A stretch of DNA of 64,000 nt from Rebecca billardiae RCC1528 (GCA_965240325.2 OZ251233.1:124001-188000); one strand, 5' to 3'. Shown: positions 1-12,417, numbered from the stretch's first letter. Numbers and translations: made by a program. Notes: a model not told the origin generated them from the letters alone.

Positions 1-1259
1 GCGCAGCGGCCGGGCAGCGGCGGCCGGCGCGGCAGCACGCTCGTATACATCGCGGCAGCTACCGCCGTCGTGCGGGGAAAGCACACGCTCTCGGCGGCTT
101 CCAAGATGCCGACGGGCCACTCGGCGTGCACTCCGTGCAGGCTGCGTGCGCACTGCAGTGGCTGTGTCGAGCTGCTGCGGCGTGTGCTCGAGGCGCGGCG
201 CTCGCACGGGCTACGCGGGCGCAGCGGGTGCGCGCAGCTGGCGCACGCAGTGCCACGTCCTGCGGCGCCAGTTTGGCGGCCGTCCGCCCCCCCGAGCTCG
301 AGTTCTGCGCGCTTTGCGACGGCGCGGCCGGCAGCGCCCATCTGCCTGCTTGCTTGGGCACGCCAGCATGTCCGCCGCCGGGCCTGCTGCGCGCGCCGAA
401 GCTGGAGGGCGGAGGAGGGCGCTGGGCTGCTCCTACGGCGTGCTGCAGCCCGGGCAGGCTCTACCGCGGCGCGGCGAGGCCGTCGCGCCTGCTCGCCGCC
501 GTCGAGTCGCCCGTGCTGCGTGACCCTCGGCCGCACGTGCTCGCTCGGCGGCACCGCAGCACTAGCAGGCGTCCCATACCAGTATACTCGAGCCGCTGTG
601 CGCACCCAAGGCGCGAGCTGCTCGAGCGGGCCAGGTGGGCCCAGGGGGTGCGTGCAGCTGGCACACGCAGCCCCGGCCCGTGTCATGGGGTGTCGGTTTG
701 ACGGTCGCCAGCCCCTGTGGGCTCGAGCGCTGTGCGCTTCACCACGGAGGTGCTGGCAGCGCCCCGCGGCGCGCAACGGCGGGGCAGCATGGCCGCCGCC
801 GGCGCCGCCGCACATGCCGCCGCTTACGGGCAGTCGAGAGCTTGGGGCAGCACCTACGGCGCATGCTGCAGCTCGGGGCGGGCTCTGCCAGCCTGCTGTG
901 GCGTGATCGCGCATTTTCCAGACCGTCGACTCGCCCGCGCTGCATAATATTCCATTATTCGTTTGCCGCGCGTGCTCGACGGCGCTCCGCGCTGCTGCTG
1001 CCGCTACGGCCGCGCGTTGGACGGACAGCATATGCCGACGGAGGGTGCACCGCGGGCCCCTAACTACGTTGGTTCTACGGAAGGACCGCGGAACGCGGTC
1101 ATATATATATAGTATATATTATTGGCGACGCGAATAATGTGACGACTATATATATATGTATATATATATATATATTTAACGACGTGGTATGCAACGGGCA
1201 AGCGTCAGGCTCAGAGTGCAGCAGACACATATAGAATGCGTCCGCGCCTTCCGACCAGG

Positions 1260-2324
1260 TCAGGCAGTGCGCCACCCGCAGCCCTGCCCCCCTACGGGAG
1301 CGGGGGCGGGATGGAGCACCGCCTCGGCCTGGGGCACGCGGCGGCGACGGCAGATGCCGCCGCGGCCGAGCGCCTTCCGGTGAAGCACTTGGATGAGGCT
1401 GAGGTCGTAGTCGATGTCGCCGCCTGCCGACCTAGCGGCGTGCAGCTGCGGGAAGCGACAGCCGCGGCTGTCGCCCCCGGGCGCCCGCGTGGGCGCCTGG
1501 ATGAAGATGAGGTCGTAGTACACGTCGCCGCGCACCGGCCTAGCGGCGCGCAGCTGCAGAAGAGGGGCTTGGAGAGTGAGCGCGCCGCCTAGCGCGCTCA
1601 GGTCGATGAAGCGGATGAGGGTGTAGTCGACGTCGCAGCCCGGCCCGCCGGCGGGCTGCTGCAGGGAAATGTAGAAAGCGTCGTCGTCAGCAACGCGTGT
1701 CACCGGCTCAGGCGCGCTCGCATCCGCCAACACCGCCCGCACGAGCGACGAGATGAGCAAGAGTTTGTGTGAAAGTGCCAGCATCTCGCCGTCCCTGCAG
1801 GAGGGGAAGGCGCACGCGAGCCCGCGCGGGCGCGCATGCACGTCGTCGTCGTAGTAGTGATCGTCGCCATCGTCAGCACCGCGCGTCTGCCGCGTGCCCG
1901 CATCCGCCAACACCGCCCGCACGAGCGACGAGATGAGCAAGAGTTTGTGTGAAAGTGCCAGCATCTCGCCGCCCTTGCAGGAGGGGAAGGCGCACGCGAG
2001 CCCGCGCGGGCGCGCATGCACGTCGTCGTCGTAGTAGTGATCGTCGCCATCGTCAGCACCGCGCGTCTGCCGCGTGCCCGCATCCGCCAACACCGCCTGC
2101 ACGAGCGACGAGATGAGCAAGAGTTTGTGTGAGAGTGCCAGCATCTCGCCGTCCCTGCAGGAGGGGAAGGCGCACGCGAGCCCGCGCGGGCGCGCATGCA
2201 CGTCGTCGTCGTAGTAGTGATCGTCGCCATCGTCAGCACCGCGCGTCTGCCGCGTGCCCGCATCCGCCAACACCGCCCGCACGAGCGACGAGATGAGCAA
2301 GAGTTTGTGTGAAAGTGCCAGCAT
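1260..2324 (-). CDS. Hypothetical secreted repeat protein (60-aa units, each starting with a signal-peptide-like segment)
   Basis: 354-aa ORF with an upstream in-frame stop. MLALSHKLLLISSLV(R/Q)AVLADA occurs 4 times. The C-terminal part has three degenerate (G/C)D(V/I)xYxL repeats. The ORF is flanked by (TA)n tracts. Confidence 0.45.
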   Translation of the reverse strand: MLALSHKLLLISSLVRAVLADAGTRQTRGADDGDDHYYDDDVHARPRGLACAFPSCRDGEMLALSHKLLLISSLVQAVLADAGTRQTRGADDGDDHYYDDDVHARPRGLACAFPSCKGGEMLALSHKLLLISSLVRAVLADAGTRQTRGADDGDDHYYDDDVHARPRGLACAFPSCRDGEMLALSHKLLLISSLVRAVLADASAPEPVTRVADDDAFYISLQQPAGGPGCDVDYTLIRFIDLSALGGALTLQAPLLQLRAARPVRGDVYYDLIFIQAPTRAPGGDSRGCRFPQLHAARSAGGDIDYDLSLIQVLHRKALGRGGICRRRRVPQAEAVLHPAPAPVGGQGCGWRTA

Positions 2325-2378
2325 CTCGCCGCCCTTGCAGGAGGGGAAGGCGCACGCGAGCCCGCGCGGGCGCGCATG
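1720..2378. repeat. 180-bp tandem repeat, ~3.7 near-identical copies
   Basis: Units start at ~1720, 1900, 2080 and 2260 (gcatccgccaacaccgcc...), with only a few SNPs between copies. Confidence 0.97.
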
Positions 2379-2729
2379 TATATGTGTGTCGTATATATAT
2401 AATATAACGCATCATGGCTGCTCAGCACCACCGGTCGGCGGAGTCACAGTGCAGGGCGGAGGCCGAGGGCCTACCGCGCGCGCGGCCATGCGAGGCCGAG
2501 GGGCCCGCGCATCGACGCGCTGCACGCAGATCAGGGCACATGGTCAGGCGGCAGCCGACCGCCCAGCACCGGGCAGGGCAGCAGCACCGCCGCCATGTGG
2601 TGACGCGGCGCGCAGCGCGTTCGGGCGGCATGGCCCGAGGGCCGCCTAGCGGCCTAGGCAGTGCTACGAGTCGGTGCCTGTGTAGTGTGTGGACGGTGTG
2701 TGGGCGCGGTGCCCCGGGAGGCCGAGACC

Positions 2730-4115
2730 CTACGGCAGCTCGCAGTGAGCGAGGTTGGCGGGGCGCACCCGCAGCGCGCGGCGCGCCGAGGGCGGCGAGG
2801 ACGTGTCCGGGCCGGCGCCCGCCTCGTCCAGCTCGACGACGAAGCGCAGCTGCTCCTTCGCGTCGAGCACCGACTTGCCGACGACGCGGCCGGTGCGGCC
2901 GTTCAGCTCGGCGCTGCCGCTCAGGCCGCGCACACGCACGCGCGTCCACGGCCCCTCGTGGAAGAGGTCGTCCAGGCACGCGCGCGCGTACGCGTGCCGC
3001 GCGCGCTCGTCCAGCAGCGCGTCGAGGATGCGCCGCTGCTGCCCCGCGTCGTTGTACGAGGCCCACTCCGAGAACTCCGAGTCGGCGAACACGCCGGAGG
3101 CCAGCCGCTCCTCGAGTTGCGCCAGCCACACGGCGCCCAGCTCCTCACACGCTGGCGCCTCACACGCGGGCGCCTGGCCGGCTGGCAGCTCGAGCGGCCC
3201 CGGCTGCGCGTGCTGCTCGAGGCTGTCGAGGAGCTCGGCGATTTCGGCGCGCAGCTTCGCGCGCTGGGCGCAGGCAGTGGACGCCAGCGCCTCGCGCCCG
3301 ATCGCCAGCGCCACGACGTGCCGCTGCCGCAGCGCCGCGGCGATGCGAGGCTGCGCCAGGCCGAGCAGCCGCAGGCAGCGGGCCACGATATTCGCCTGCT
3401 GCAGCGCCACCGCCTCGTCTTGGCGGCTCATCTTGGGCTTCCGGGCGCCGGTGCACGCCCTGCGGACCATGTCCACCAGCCGCTCGACGAAGCGGCCACC
3501 GAACTCGGAGTCGCACAGGCGCTCGACCGCATCGGGCGCGACGCGCGCCGCGCGAGAGACGACGAGAGCGGCGGAGAAGATCGCGTTGCCCAGGCCCTCG
3601 TCGTCCTGCCACGGCGTGCACGGCCAGCTCGCCGCGAGGTGGATGGGCTTCTTCGGGCGGTGCGGGAAGTCCCGTCCGCTCCCGTCCGTGTACGTCTCCT
3701 CGTCGAAGCCGATGCCGCCCTCCAGCGTGCCGGGCGAGAGCGCGGCAAAGCGCGCCTCGAGCGAAGCGAGCTCGGCGAGCGGGTCGCGCGCGCGGGGGAG
3801 CATCTTGGGCGTGTACGCGACGAAGTAGGCGGCGTTGATCAGGGCGTCCGGCCACTTCTTCAGCCCGGCGGCCATCCCGGTGGTCGCCTCCCCGGAGTCC
3901 GAGCCCTCCCGGCAGACGAGCTCTTGCAGGCCGTAGACGGCGGCGCCGACCTCGAAGCTGTGCACGCCCAGGCCGCGGTGCATGTCGCCGACGGCGGAGC
4001 CGAGCTTGCTGATGTTTGGCGTGAGGATGATGCGGTCGTCCGTGCCGAGCAGGCGCACCAGCAGGTACGCCTGCGTGTGCACGCTCGTCTGCTCCCCGAT
4101 CTTGAAGCTCGGCAT
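2730..4115 (-). CDS. Hypothetical protein with C-terminal SH3/KOW-like beta motif
   Basis: ATG at 4115 (MPSFKIGEQ...) with globular-looking composition. The C-terminus RVRVRGLSGSAELNGRTGRVV...FVVELD...LRVRPANL resembles a small beta domain common in algal proteins. Confidence 0.7.
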   Translation of the reverse strand: MPSFKIGEQTSVHTQAYLLVRLLGTDDRIILTPNISKLGSAVGDMHRGLGVHSFEVGAAVYGLQELVCREGSDSGEATTGMAAGLKKWPDALINAAYFVAYTPKMLPRARDPLAELASLEARFAALSPGTLEGGIGFDEETYTDGSGRDFPHRPKKPIHLAASWPCTPWQDDEGLGNAIFSAALVVSRAARVAPDAVERLCDSEFGGRFVERLVDMVRRACTGARKPKMSRQDEAVALQQANIVARCLRLLGLAQPRIAAALRQRHVVALAIGREALASTACAQRAKLRAEIAELLDSLEQHAQPGPLELPAGQAPACEAPACEELGAVWLAQLEERLASGVFADSEFSEWASYNDAGQQRRILDALLDERARHAYARACLDDLFHEGPWTRVRVRGLSGSAELNGRTGRVVGKSVLDAKEQLRFVVELDEAGAGPDTSSPPSARRALRVRPANLAHCELP

Positions 4116-4374
4116 CGTCGTCGTGGTGGCGCGGATTTGAGTGGCCTCGAGTCCTCGACCGTTGGTCGCCGATTTCTTTGGAGGGACGATCCGGCAATCC
4201 GGAGGAAAAACAATTAAATCACGAAATGCCGCGACGGTTTCACCGCCACGCCGGCACGCCCCGGCCCAAGCGCTCCGACGCTCGGCTGGCTCCGCAGCGC
4301 TCATCATCCGGCCTGCTCGGTGGGGAAACGCACTCTGTCTGGACCCGCGCAAGGGGGTCCACGCTCGCGGGCAA

Positions 4375-6961
4375 ATGGTCACGTCAACGGTGGCGGTGCT
4401 GAACGAGGCGGGGCCGGTCGAGCCGGAGCGCAAGGACTGGTCCAAGGCGCGGCAGCACGCGCGCGAGCTCACGGGCATCCGCGGCGAGCAGAACCGCGAG
4501 CTGCCGCTGGGCGCTCCGGTCGAGGAGCTCGGCCGCGCGGGCGTGGGCGTCGTGCTGCTCTTCAAGACGATCAAGTGGCTGCAGCTGCTCTTCGGCGCGT
4601 GCACGGTGCTCAGCCTGCCGTGCCTCGCGCACAACCTCCTCGAGTCGCGGCCGTACGCCGACTCGCTGTCGTACATCGTGCAGACGTCCCTCGTCTCCGT
4701 CTCGGACGAGCGGCTGCTCGCCGGGCTGCAGGCGGTGCCGTGGGTGGCGCAGATGGCGCTGGTGCTCGCGTTCGGCGTGTTCCTCCGCGCGCAGCAGCGC
4801 CGCGTCGCGCAGTCCGTCGACACGACCAACGTCACCACCTCCGACTACGCGCTCGAGGTGGGCGGGCTGCCGCCGCACCGCGTGGACGAGGCGGCGCTCA
4901 CCGCCTTCTTCGCGGCGGAGGGCGGCGCGATCCGGCAGGTGGAGGTGTCGTACGCGTGCGAGCAGTACGCGCGCGCGTGCGCGCGCGTACAGCGCTTCGC
5001 CGAGACCATCACCGAGCTCGCCACCGACCCGGACGGCGCCTCGCAGGAGTGGGTGGCCGAGCGGCGCGTCGAGCTGCAGGCGCGCATCGACGCGGACGCG
5101 GCGCGGCTGCGCTGGCTGCAGCAGCAGAAGGCGCCGACGGGCGCGGTGTTCGTGGTGTTCGAGCTGGCCGCCGACCGCGACGCGTGCCGGCGCAAGCTCG
5201 CGCCGGGCTGGGCCGCGCGGCTGCTCGACAGCGTGCCGTGCCTCCGCGGCGTGTGCGCGCCCGCCGTGCCGCGCTGCCAGGGCGTGCGCGTGCGCGTCGA
5301 GGGCTCGCCCGACCCCTCGGACGTCTTCTGGGAGAACCTCGAGGTGCGCGAGCGGCCGGCGCGGCCGGCGCCGCCAGCGCGCGTGCGCGTGCGCGGTGTG
5401 GGCGCGTCGCCGCCGCGCCGAGCGCACCTCGCCTCGCGCGCCCACTCTCACCCGCCCGCCCGCACGCACGCCCGCCCCTGCTGCGCTCAGATCTCGCGAT
5501 TCAACCGGCGGCTGCGCTCGGCGCGCGTGCTGCTGGCGAGCGCGGCGCTGATCGCCGTCACCTTCGCCATCCTCTTCGTGATGGAGACGCGCGCCAAGGA
5601 GCTCGCCGAGCGCCGCGTGCGCAGCGCCAGCTCGGGCTCGGTCGTGGAGGCGCACGCGGAGACGGGCGTCACGGTCGCGGCCGCGGTCGTGGTGACCGCA
5701 ATCAACGGGCTGCTCAAGTTCGTCTCGCCGCGGCTCGCCGCGTCGGAGCGGCAGGGCACGCGCTCGGCGGTCGAGGTCTCGGTGCTCTCCAAGCTCGGCC
5801 TCGCGTACGTGATCAACCAGTCCGTGCTCATCCTGCTCGTGAAGCCGACCACGCGCTGGGCGGGCAACGGCAACGCGTTTGAGCAGGCTTTCTACATCGC
5901 AGCCGCCAACGCGCTGCTGCCCGAGCTGGCGAAGATGGTGCGGCCGGACATGCGGCTGAAGCGGCTGCTGGGCGGGCTGCTCGCGCGCACGCACCAGGGG
6001 CTGCTGCGCACGCACGAGCCGCCGCTCGCCTCGCTCGGCGCGCTGTACGCCGGGCTGCTGCGCACGGTCGCGGTCGCCATCATCTTTGGGCCCGTGGTGC
6101 CGCTTGTCTGGCCAACGTCCGTGCTCGCGCTCGAGGTCGCAGCACGCGCGAACCGGTACTCGCTGCTGCGCGTGACGCGGCAGGGCGCGGCGATCGACGA
6201 CGGCGTCTCCGAGCGCTTCCGCGAGCTGCTGCCCTGGCTCGTCGCGGGCTCCCTCGGCGTGCAGGCCGTGATGGTCGCGCAGATGCCCACACCCACACGG
6301 CCGCTTGTCGCGCAGCTCGCGGTCGGCATTGGCTTTGTGCTGTGGGCGCTGATGGTGGCCACGCCGTACTACCTGCTGCCCTGCTGCCGCGGCTACGTCG
6401 AGGGGACGGCGGGCGGCGCCGACGACACGCGCGGCATGCCCTTCTCGCAGGCGGAGGCCGAGTACGGCCTGCCCACGTGCGCGCGCACACCAGCGCGCAG
6501 CACAGCAGCGCGCGCGCGCCGCATGGCCGCCACTCGAGCTCACGGCACCCCCCCCGCCTGCCCACCCCTCCGCCCCCCCGCCCCTCCCTGCCTGCCCCTC
6601 GCCACCCGGCAGCTTTGCGTGCCCCATCAACCAATCCATCGACGCCTTCCTCGCCGACGCGAGCAAGTCGCGCGCGGACCGACGAGGCTCGGCGGGCTCC
6701 GCTCGCATGGGGCTGGGCGCGTCGCGCGGCTCGGCGAGCTCGCTGCACGAGAGTCAGGCGCAGCCGGGCGCCGCGACCGGCGGTGCAAGCGCTGAGGCGG
6801 ACGGTGCGGCGGATGCAACAGCAGCCCACGCAGCGCCGACGGCGGGGGCCGCCATCGAGCCCGCGCATGATGCGCGCATCGATGGCGACAGCGGGCCGGA
6901 CGACGGCGTGGTCGACATCGAGAGGGGTGCGGCGGCTACGACTGCTCGTCACGAAGACTAA
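4375..6961 (+). CDS. OSCA/TMEM63/CSC1-like mechanosensitive or calcium-permeable channel; exons 4375-5343, 5491-6476, 6613-6961
   Basis: Motifs TTSDYALEVGGLP, PTGAVFVVF and PDPSDVFWENL plus many TM segments. GT-AG introns at 5344-5490 and 6477-6612 give a continuous frame to TAA at 6961. Confidence 0.8.
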
Positions 6962-7362
6962 TAAATATAATAAATAAGCGCAGCAGCAGATGTACGTATC
7001 GTCAGATGATGACTGCGCGCATGCGCGCGCGCGAATACGCGCGCGACGATCGACTGATGCGTGCAGCAGTGCCGCTGACGATCGGCCCGGCCAGTATACG
7101 GACTAATAACGGCGGAGCAAGTAAGTAGTGACATGATGCCCCGTCCACCGTCGGCTGCCGGCGGGCCGGCCCGGCCGATATAAGCGCTGCGCGCTGATGC
7201 CGGTGCCGGCGCCAGCCAGCGGCCGGGTGTGGACGCAGTGGACGAGACTGCTGCTGCGCGCACTTGGCTCACTCTGGATCGGGCCGATTGCCGCCAGCAC
7301 GTGGTCCATCCGGTAGTCGTGGTTCCAGATCCCCGGCCATACATGCAGGGTGGCACGGCTAC

Positions 7363-9209
7363 TTACCTGAGGCCGGGCGTGAGCGATGCGACGAGCACGA
7401 CGGCCGTCGCGGCGACCGTGCCGAGCTTGGACATGGCTGCCCACACGTCACGCGCCGGCGGCAGGCCCGCGCGCGGTCCGGAAGCGGCGCGCTCGGCCCG
7501 AGAGGGCGCGCTGCCGTCCGCAGGCGCCTCTCCAGCGCCATCCCCGTTGGCCGAGCCAGTGAGCCCCAGCTGCCCCGAGGGAGCAAGCGCCAGCGCCGCG
7601 TGAGGCAGCCCTGCGCCGCGCTTGCCCGGGGGCGGGGGTGCGAGGGCACAGGCGGGCGCAGGGGGCGGGTGCGGCGTGCCTCCGGTGCCGAGAGGGAGGG
7701 ATGGCGAGTCGATGGCGCCCCTGCCATCGCTGCCTCGCGCGGCCGACCCCACCGCCGACGTCGGCAGCCCCCGCGCGGGCGAGCCGTGCGGCACTGCCAG
7801 CAGGGCAGCCAGATCGCTATCTCCGAGATCGCCATCTCCGGGGTCGGCCTCGTCCACCGCGGCGCGAACCGGCGCCCGCACGGGGGTGAATGTGGACGCG
7901 GCGGCCGGAGAGGGCGGCGCCAGCGGCCTCTGCCCGGTCGTGGTCTCCGCGGCAGACTCCGGCGCGGCTGCCTCGGCAGCCGCGCCCAGCATCTCAGCGC
8001 CGTCAAAGAGCGCGCGGCGTGCGTGGCCGCCGCCGGCCGCGCTGCCGGCGCTGCCGCCCTCGCGCGCGCGGGAGATGGCCGCGCTGCGCCGGCGGTCCGA
8101 GCGCCCCGCGCCGCTCGCGAGGAGCCCCGTCGAGGGCGCACCCACCGCGCTAGCCGCGTGCCGCGGCGTCTCCCCGCCGCGCCCCGCCGCCTCCGCCTCC
8201 GCCAGCCTGCACCTGCGCAGCGCGCCGTCCCGCTCCGCCCTCGCCAGCTGCAGCTGCCCGCGCAGCAGCTCGGCAATCTCGGACGCGTACGCGGAGGCGG
8301 TGGCGTGCGTGTCCTCGGCGGACTGCACCTCGGCGCGCATCACGCGCAGCTCGACCATCACGCGGTGCACCTGCACGCAGCAGCGGCGACGGCAGCAGCG
8401 GCCGCCGTCGCAGGGGCGGCGGGGGCCACGCAGGGGAGCGCTGGGCGCACGCGCGCGCGCTGTGAGCCGGGCAGCGCACGCGACGGGAGCACCGTGGCGG
8501 GCAAGCTGTGCTGCGCGCAGGGGCGCAAAGCGTGTGTGCGGGAGACTGTGTGCAGCGCGCACGCGAGCGCCGCGGCGCTGCGGCGAGCGGGTGCACACGC
8601 GCGCGGCGGGTGCGGCTGACGGGCGCTCGGCTTTGCGCGCACACGCACCGCTTCATGCGCCTCGGCGGCGGACGACCACGCCTTCGTGACGGCGCGCTGG
8701 AGCTCGACGAGCTTGGTGCTCTCGCGGCGCAGTGAGGCACGCTCAGCCTCGCGTCGCACCCACCAGAGCTGCGGGCACGGGTTCGCCTCCGCCAGCTCAG
8801 GCTCCATCGCAGAGCCGGCGGCCACGAACGCGAGCAGATCGCCCGAGATACGAGCGGTCGGGTGGCGGAGGAGGGCGGCGAGCCAGCCGTCGAGCGCGGC
8901 GGAGCGGTCACGGAGGAAGGCGGCGGTGTGCGGGCTGCCGAGCCCCGCCTTTGCCGGCAGCGCTGGCACGTTCGAGTGCCCCGTCTCGACGAGCAGCTTG
9001 CGCAGGGAATCAAAGTGCGAGAATCGGCGCCAAACCTCGAAGGGCGGCAGCCCGTCGAGGGACACGTCGATCGAGAAGTAGACGCAGTCGGGCAGCTCGT
9101 TGAACGTCGTCACGCGCGCGGAGACGAGGCGCGCCAGCCGCCGACGGCGCAGCGGCGGCGCCGTTTGCGGCCCGTCCGCCGGGCCGGGCGGGGAGGCGGG
9201 CGCCTGCAT
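7363..9209 (-). CDS. PX-domain and coiled-coil protein; exons 9209-8649 and 8370-7363
   Basis: PX signature VYFSIDV...VWRRFSHFDSLRKLL...PALPAK...FLRDRSAALDGWLAALL. A GT-AG intron at 8648-8371 joins it to a coiled-coil exon. The 3' end is uncertain because the stop overlaps AG|GTAAGT. Confidence 0.75.
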
Positions 9210-9336
9210 GCCGGTCGGGAGGGTTTCGGCTGCGCAAAATCGTGGCTGTTTGCGGCCTGCGCCCTGCGAACGCACGGACGTTTCTGCGGCGGCCCGGCCG
9301 ACCGGTCCGGACTTGGGCGCGGGGCACGCTCGCAGG

Positions 9337-9618
9337 ATGGCGTTCGAATTTGAGTCGACGACGATCACCGGCTGCTTCGACGAGGTGTTCGCTGGCCGGT
9401 ACACGGGGACGGACAAGATGCGGGCGGATGCGTATGCGCGCTGCATCGAGCAGGCCGCCTTCGCCTCGATCTACCCCGGCGTGCGCGACCTGCAGCCGCA
9501 GCTCATGGCGATGCTGCCGACCGAGCAGGCGGACGCGGCCGAGTCGGTGTTCGAGTCGCCGCTCGGCATCTGTGACCTGGAGCGCGACAGCCGGTGCCGT
9601 GGGTCGGCGCGCTTGTAG
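9337..9618 (+). CDS. Small hypothetical protein (93 aa)
   Basis: MAFEFESTTITGCFDEVFAGRY... has high-complexity composition and GC3-rich codons. It is divergent from the PX gene. Confidence 0.6.
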   Translation: MAFEFESTTITGCFDEVFAGRYTGTDKMRADAYARCIEQAAFASIYPGVRDLQPQLMAMLPTEQADAAESVFESPLGICDLERDSRCRGSARL

Positions 9619-10146
9619 CCGTCTCGTGCCCCCCGAGGTCCACACCGATCGTCAGCGAGCGAACTTGCCGCAGGCACTGTGGACCGTGCACTGCAAGCGC
9701 CAAGCGGACATGCATGTACCGCTCCGAGCGTGAGTTACCTGTGGAGTGTGGCTACGGCTTGAGAGCTTCGTGCAACGCGCGCGGCGTGCCGTCACCGTGG
9801 CAAGAGCTCGAGCGAGCTGCCGTAGCTGGTATCGCTCAGGCGACGCCGGCAGGTGGCCCCGGTGCCGAGAGCAGTGGCCGATCGTCCGTGCCCAGACTCC
9901 AACTACCCGCCGCTGCCCAACGCCGCCGGCCGGCAGCGGCCCAAGACGTGCTGTCCCCTGCGCACCCAAGGAACGCACGCCACGGAAATAGTCAATAAAT
10001 AATAGACGCGCACAAAGGCACAAAGCTGACTGCTTCGATTTTCTTTCCCGTCAAATGCAAAAAACTATAAAAGAGTCGCCGCGCCGGCTCGCGACCTCGC
10101 GTTCGGCGTCGCAAGTTGGTCGGCTGTGAGGGAGTCGTGAGCAGCG

Positions 10147-11351
10147 ATGCCTCTCTTCGCGACGAGCCCGACCGCCGGGCTGAGCACCGCGGCGCCCAAG
10201 CCCTTCGCGCCGCACGCGCCCTCCGACGGTGCGCTCGACCCGCTCGAGCTCGTCGCCGATCGATCGACGCTCGCCGCCGCCGGCGCGCCGCCCGTTCGCG
10301 CGGGCGCGCCGCCGAGCACGCTGCTGCCGCTCGGCGCGCACGCGGGCGGCGCGGCGGCGCCGCTCCCCCCGTGGGCGCAGCCGCCGCAGCCCGCCGCAGC
10401 GCCCGTCCCGCCCGCGCTCGGCTCGACCGCCCTCGCCGCCGTCGGCACCGCCGCGTCCGCCACCGCGCGCTCGCTCGGCCGCACGCCGCTCGAGCTCGCG
10501 ACCGACGCTCTGGAGCAACGGCGCAAGCAGTCGGTCGAGCTGCTGCGCGCGCGCGCGGCGAGCGCGGGCGAGGCGCAGTCGCGCGAGGCCGAGCTGCGCG
10601 CCGCGCGCGCCGAGCTCGCCGACGCGCGCGCGCAGCTCGACGCGCTGCGCGCGCGCGCCGAGAGCGCGGAGGCGCGCGCGGCCGCGGCCGAGGGCAGCGC
10701 GCGCGAGAAGGCCGCGCGGATCGGGGCGCTGCAGGCGGACCTGCAGCAGACGGTGCGCGCGGAGGCGGAGGCGCGGCGGCAGCTCGGCGCCGCGCTCCAG
10801 GCGCGCGAGGCGGTCACCTCCTTCATCGCCGAGCTCGAGGAGCAGCAGCAGCAGAGCTTCTACAGGCGGCAGGGCGCACACGCGCGCCAACACGCGGCGC
10901 ACGCGGCCGCGGCCGCGGCCGGCGCGGGCGCGGCGGCGGACGCGGCGGGCGCGGGGCCGGGCGCGGGCGGGGCGGCGGGCGCGCGCGCGGGCGCGGCCGG
11001 CGCAGCGCGTGGCGCGACTGCCTCGGCTGGCTCGGGCCGAGGCCGGCGCGCCTCCCCTCCCGCCTCGCCCGCCGCCGGGAGCGGCGCTGCCGCCGGCGCC
11101 GACGCGGCCGCCGCCGCTGCCGCGGCGCGCTCGCCGCCGCGGCGCGCCTCGCCACCGCCGGCTGCCCGCGCAAGCCCGCCGCCGGCCGCGCGTGGTGCCG
11201 AGCCGTCGCCGCCGCTCTCGCAGACGCGCGGGCGCCGCTCGCCCGCGACGCCCCCGCCGTCCGCAGCCGCGGCGGGCAGCAGCCCTGCGCGCGCCGCCTC
11301 CCCGGCGCGCGCCGCCTCCCCGGCGCGCGCCGCCGCGGGCGGCGGCGGCCA

Positions 11352-11384
<33 letters not shown>

Positions 11385-12417
11385 TGCAGGGGCCAGTCCT
11401 GGGCGCAGCCCGAGCCCTGCGGCCAGCCCTGGGCGCAGCCCGGCTCGCGCCGCCGCCGCGCCGGCCGCCGAGGGCTCCCCAGCCGCAGTCGTGCCGCGCG
11501 GAGCCGCGCGGCAGCCGGGCGCGGCGGGCGCGGCGCGCTCGCCGCCACCGGCCGCAGCCGCGCTCTCAGCGGTGGGCAAGCGCGCGCGGCCGCAGGGCGC
11601 CGCCAACGGCGCTGCCGAGGCGCGCGGCTCGGCCAAGCGCGCGCGGCAGAGCCCAGAGCGCCCGGCCGCGGCGTCGGCGCGCGCAGGGCGCAAGGGCAAG
11701 GCGGCGGAGGAGGCGGAGGGCTCGAGCGACGACGACGATGACGACGATGACGAGGAGGCGGAGGCGGAGGAGGCGGCCGGGGCTGCGTCCTCTGCGCACA
11801 CTGGGGCTGGGGATGCAAAGTCGGGGCGCGCTGCCGCCGGGGGGGGCTCGACGGCGCGCGGCTCACGCACGGCGAAGCAGCCCGCACGCACGGCCGCAGC
11901 GCCGCGTGGCGAGGCGCGCGCGCCGCGCAGGACGCCGCAGCCCTCGCCCGCGGCCAGCCGGGGCAAGGGCAAGGGCGAGGGCGAGGGCGGCAGCCACAGA
12001 CCGGCCCCGAGCAACCCGCCCACTCCGAGCGCCGCCGCCGCGGGCAGCCGGCAGCCCTCGGAGGCACCGACGCCCGGCAGCGCGCGCATGCACCTGCGCT
12101 CGGCCGCGCGCTCACGCGATCGCACGCCGGCCACCACGCCCAGCCGGCCCGCCGGCGCGGCGGCGCGGCCGCTGCCGCCCTCGCGTGAGGTCACGCCCAC
12201 AGCGACGCCCGCCAGGGCGCGCGCCGGCGCGATGCCCACGCCGCCGCCGTCCGCGACGCGCAGGCTTGCGGCCGCGGCGGTGGGCGCGGCCGCCGACGCC
12301 ACGCCGGGCGCGGGCGGCGGCTCGGAGGCAGCGGCGGCGGCCAGCTCTCCCTCCGCTTCGGCCGGTGCGGGCGCCGGGCTGGCTGCGTCGCGCGAGCGGC
12401 GGCAGCCTCGGCGCTAA
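10147..12417 (+). CDS. Hypothetical protein with N-terminal coiled coil and disordered Ala/Pro/Ser/Arg tail
   Basis: ATG follows an AT-rich spacer. Heptad-like region ELRAARAELADARAQLDALRARAE, an acidic tract and SP/TP motifs. Confidence 0.65.

Noticed and set aside
59-1063. ORFs at the window start
   Set aside because: No recognisable motifs or consistent codon bias. There is only a short internal duplication (~225-250 and ~646-670); the region is probably UTR or decayed repeat.
1720-2378. CRISPR or retron-like array
   Set aside because: The whole 180-bp unit repeats with no unique spacers, and no reverse transcriptase or Cas gene is nearby.
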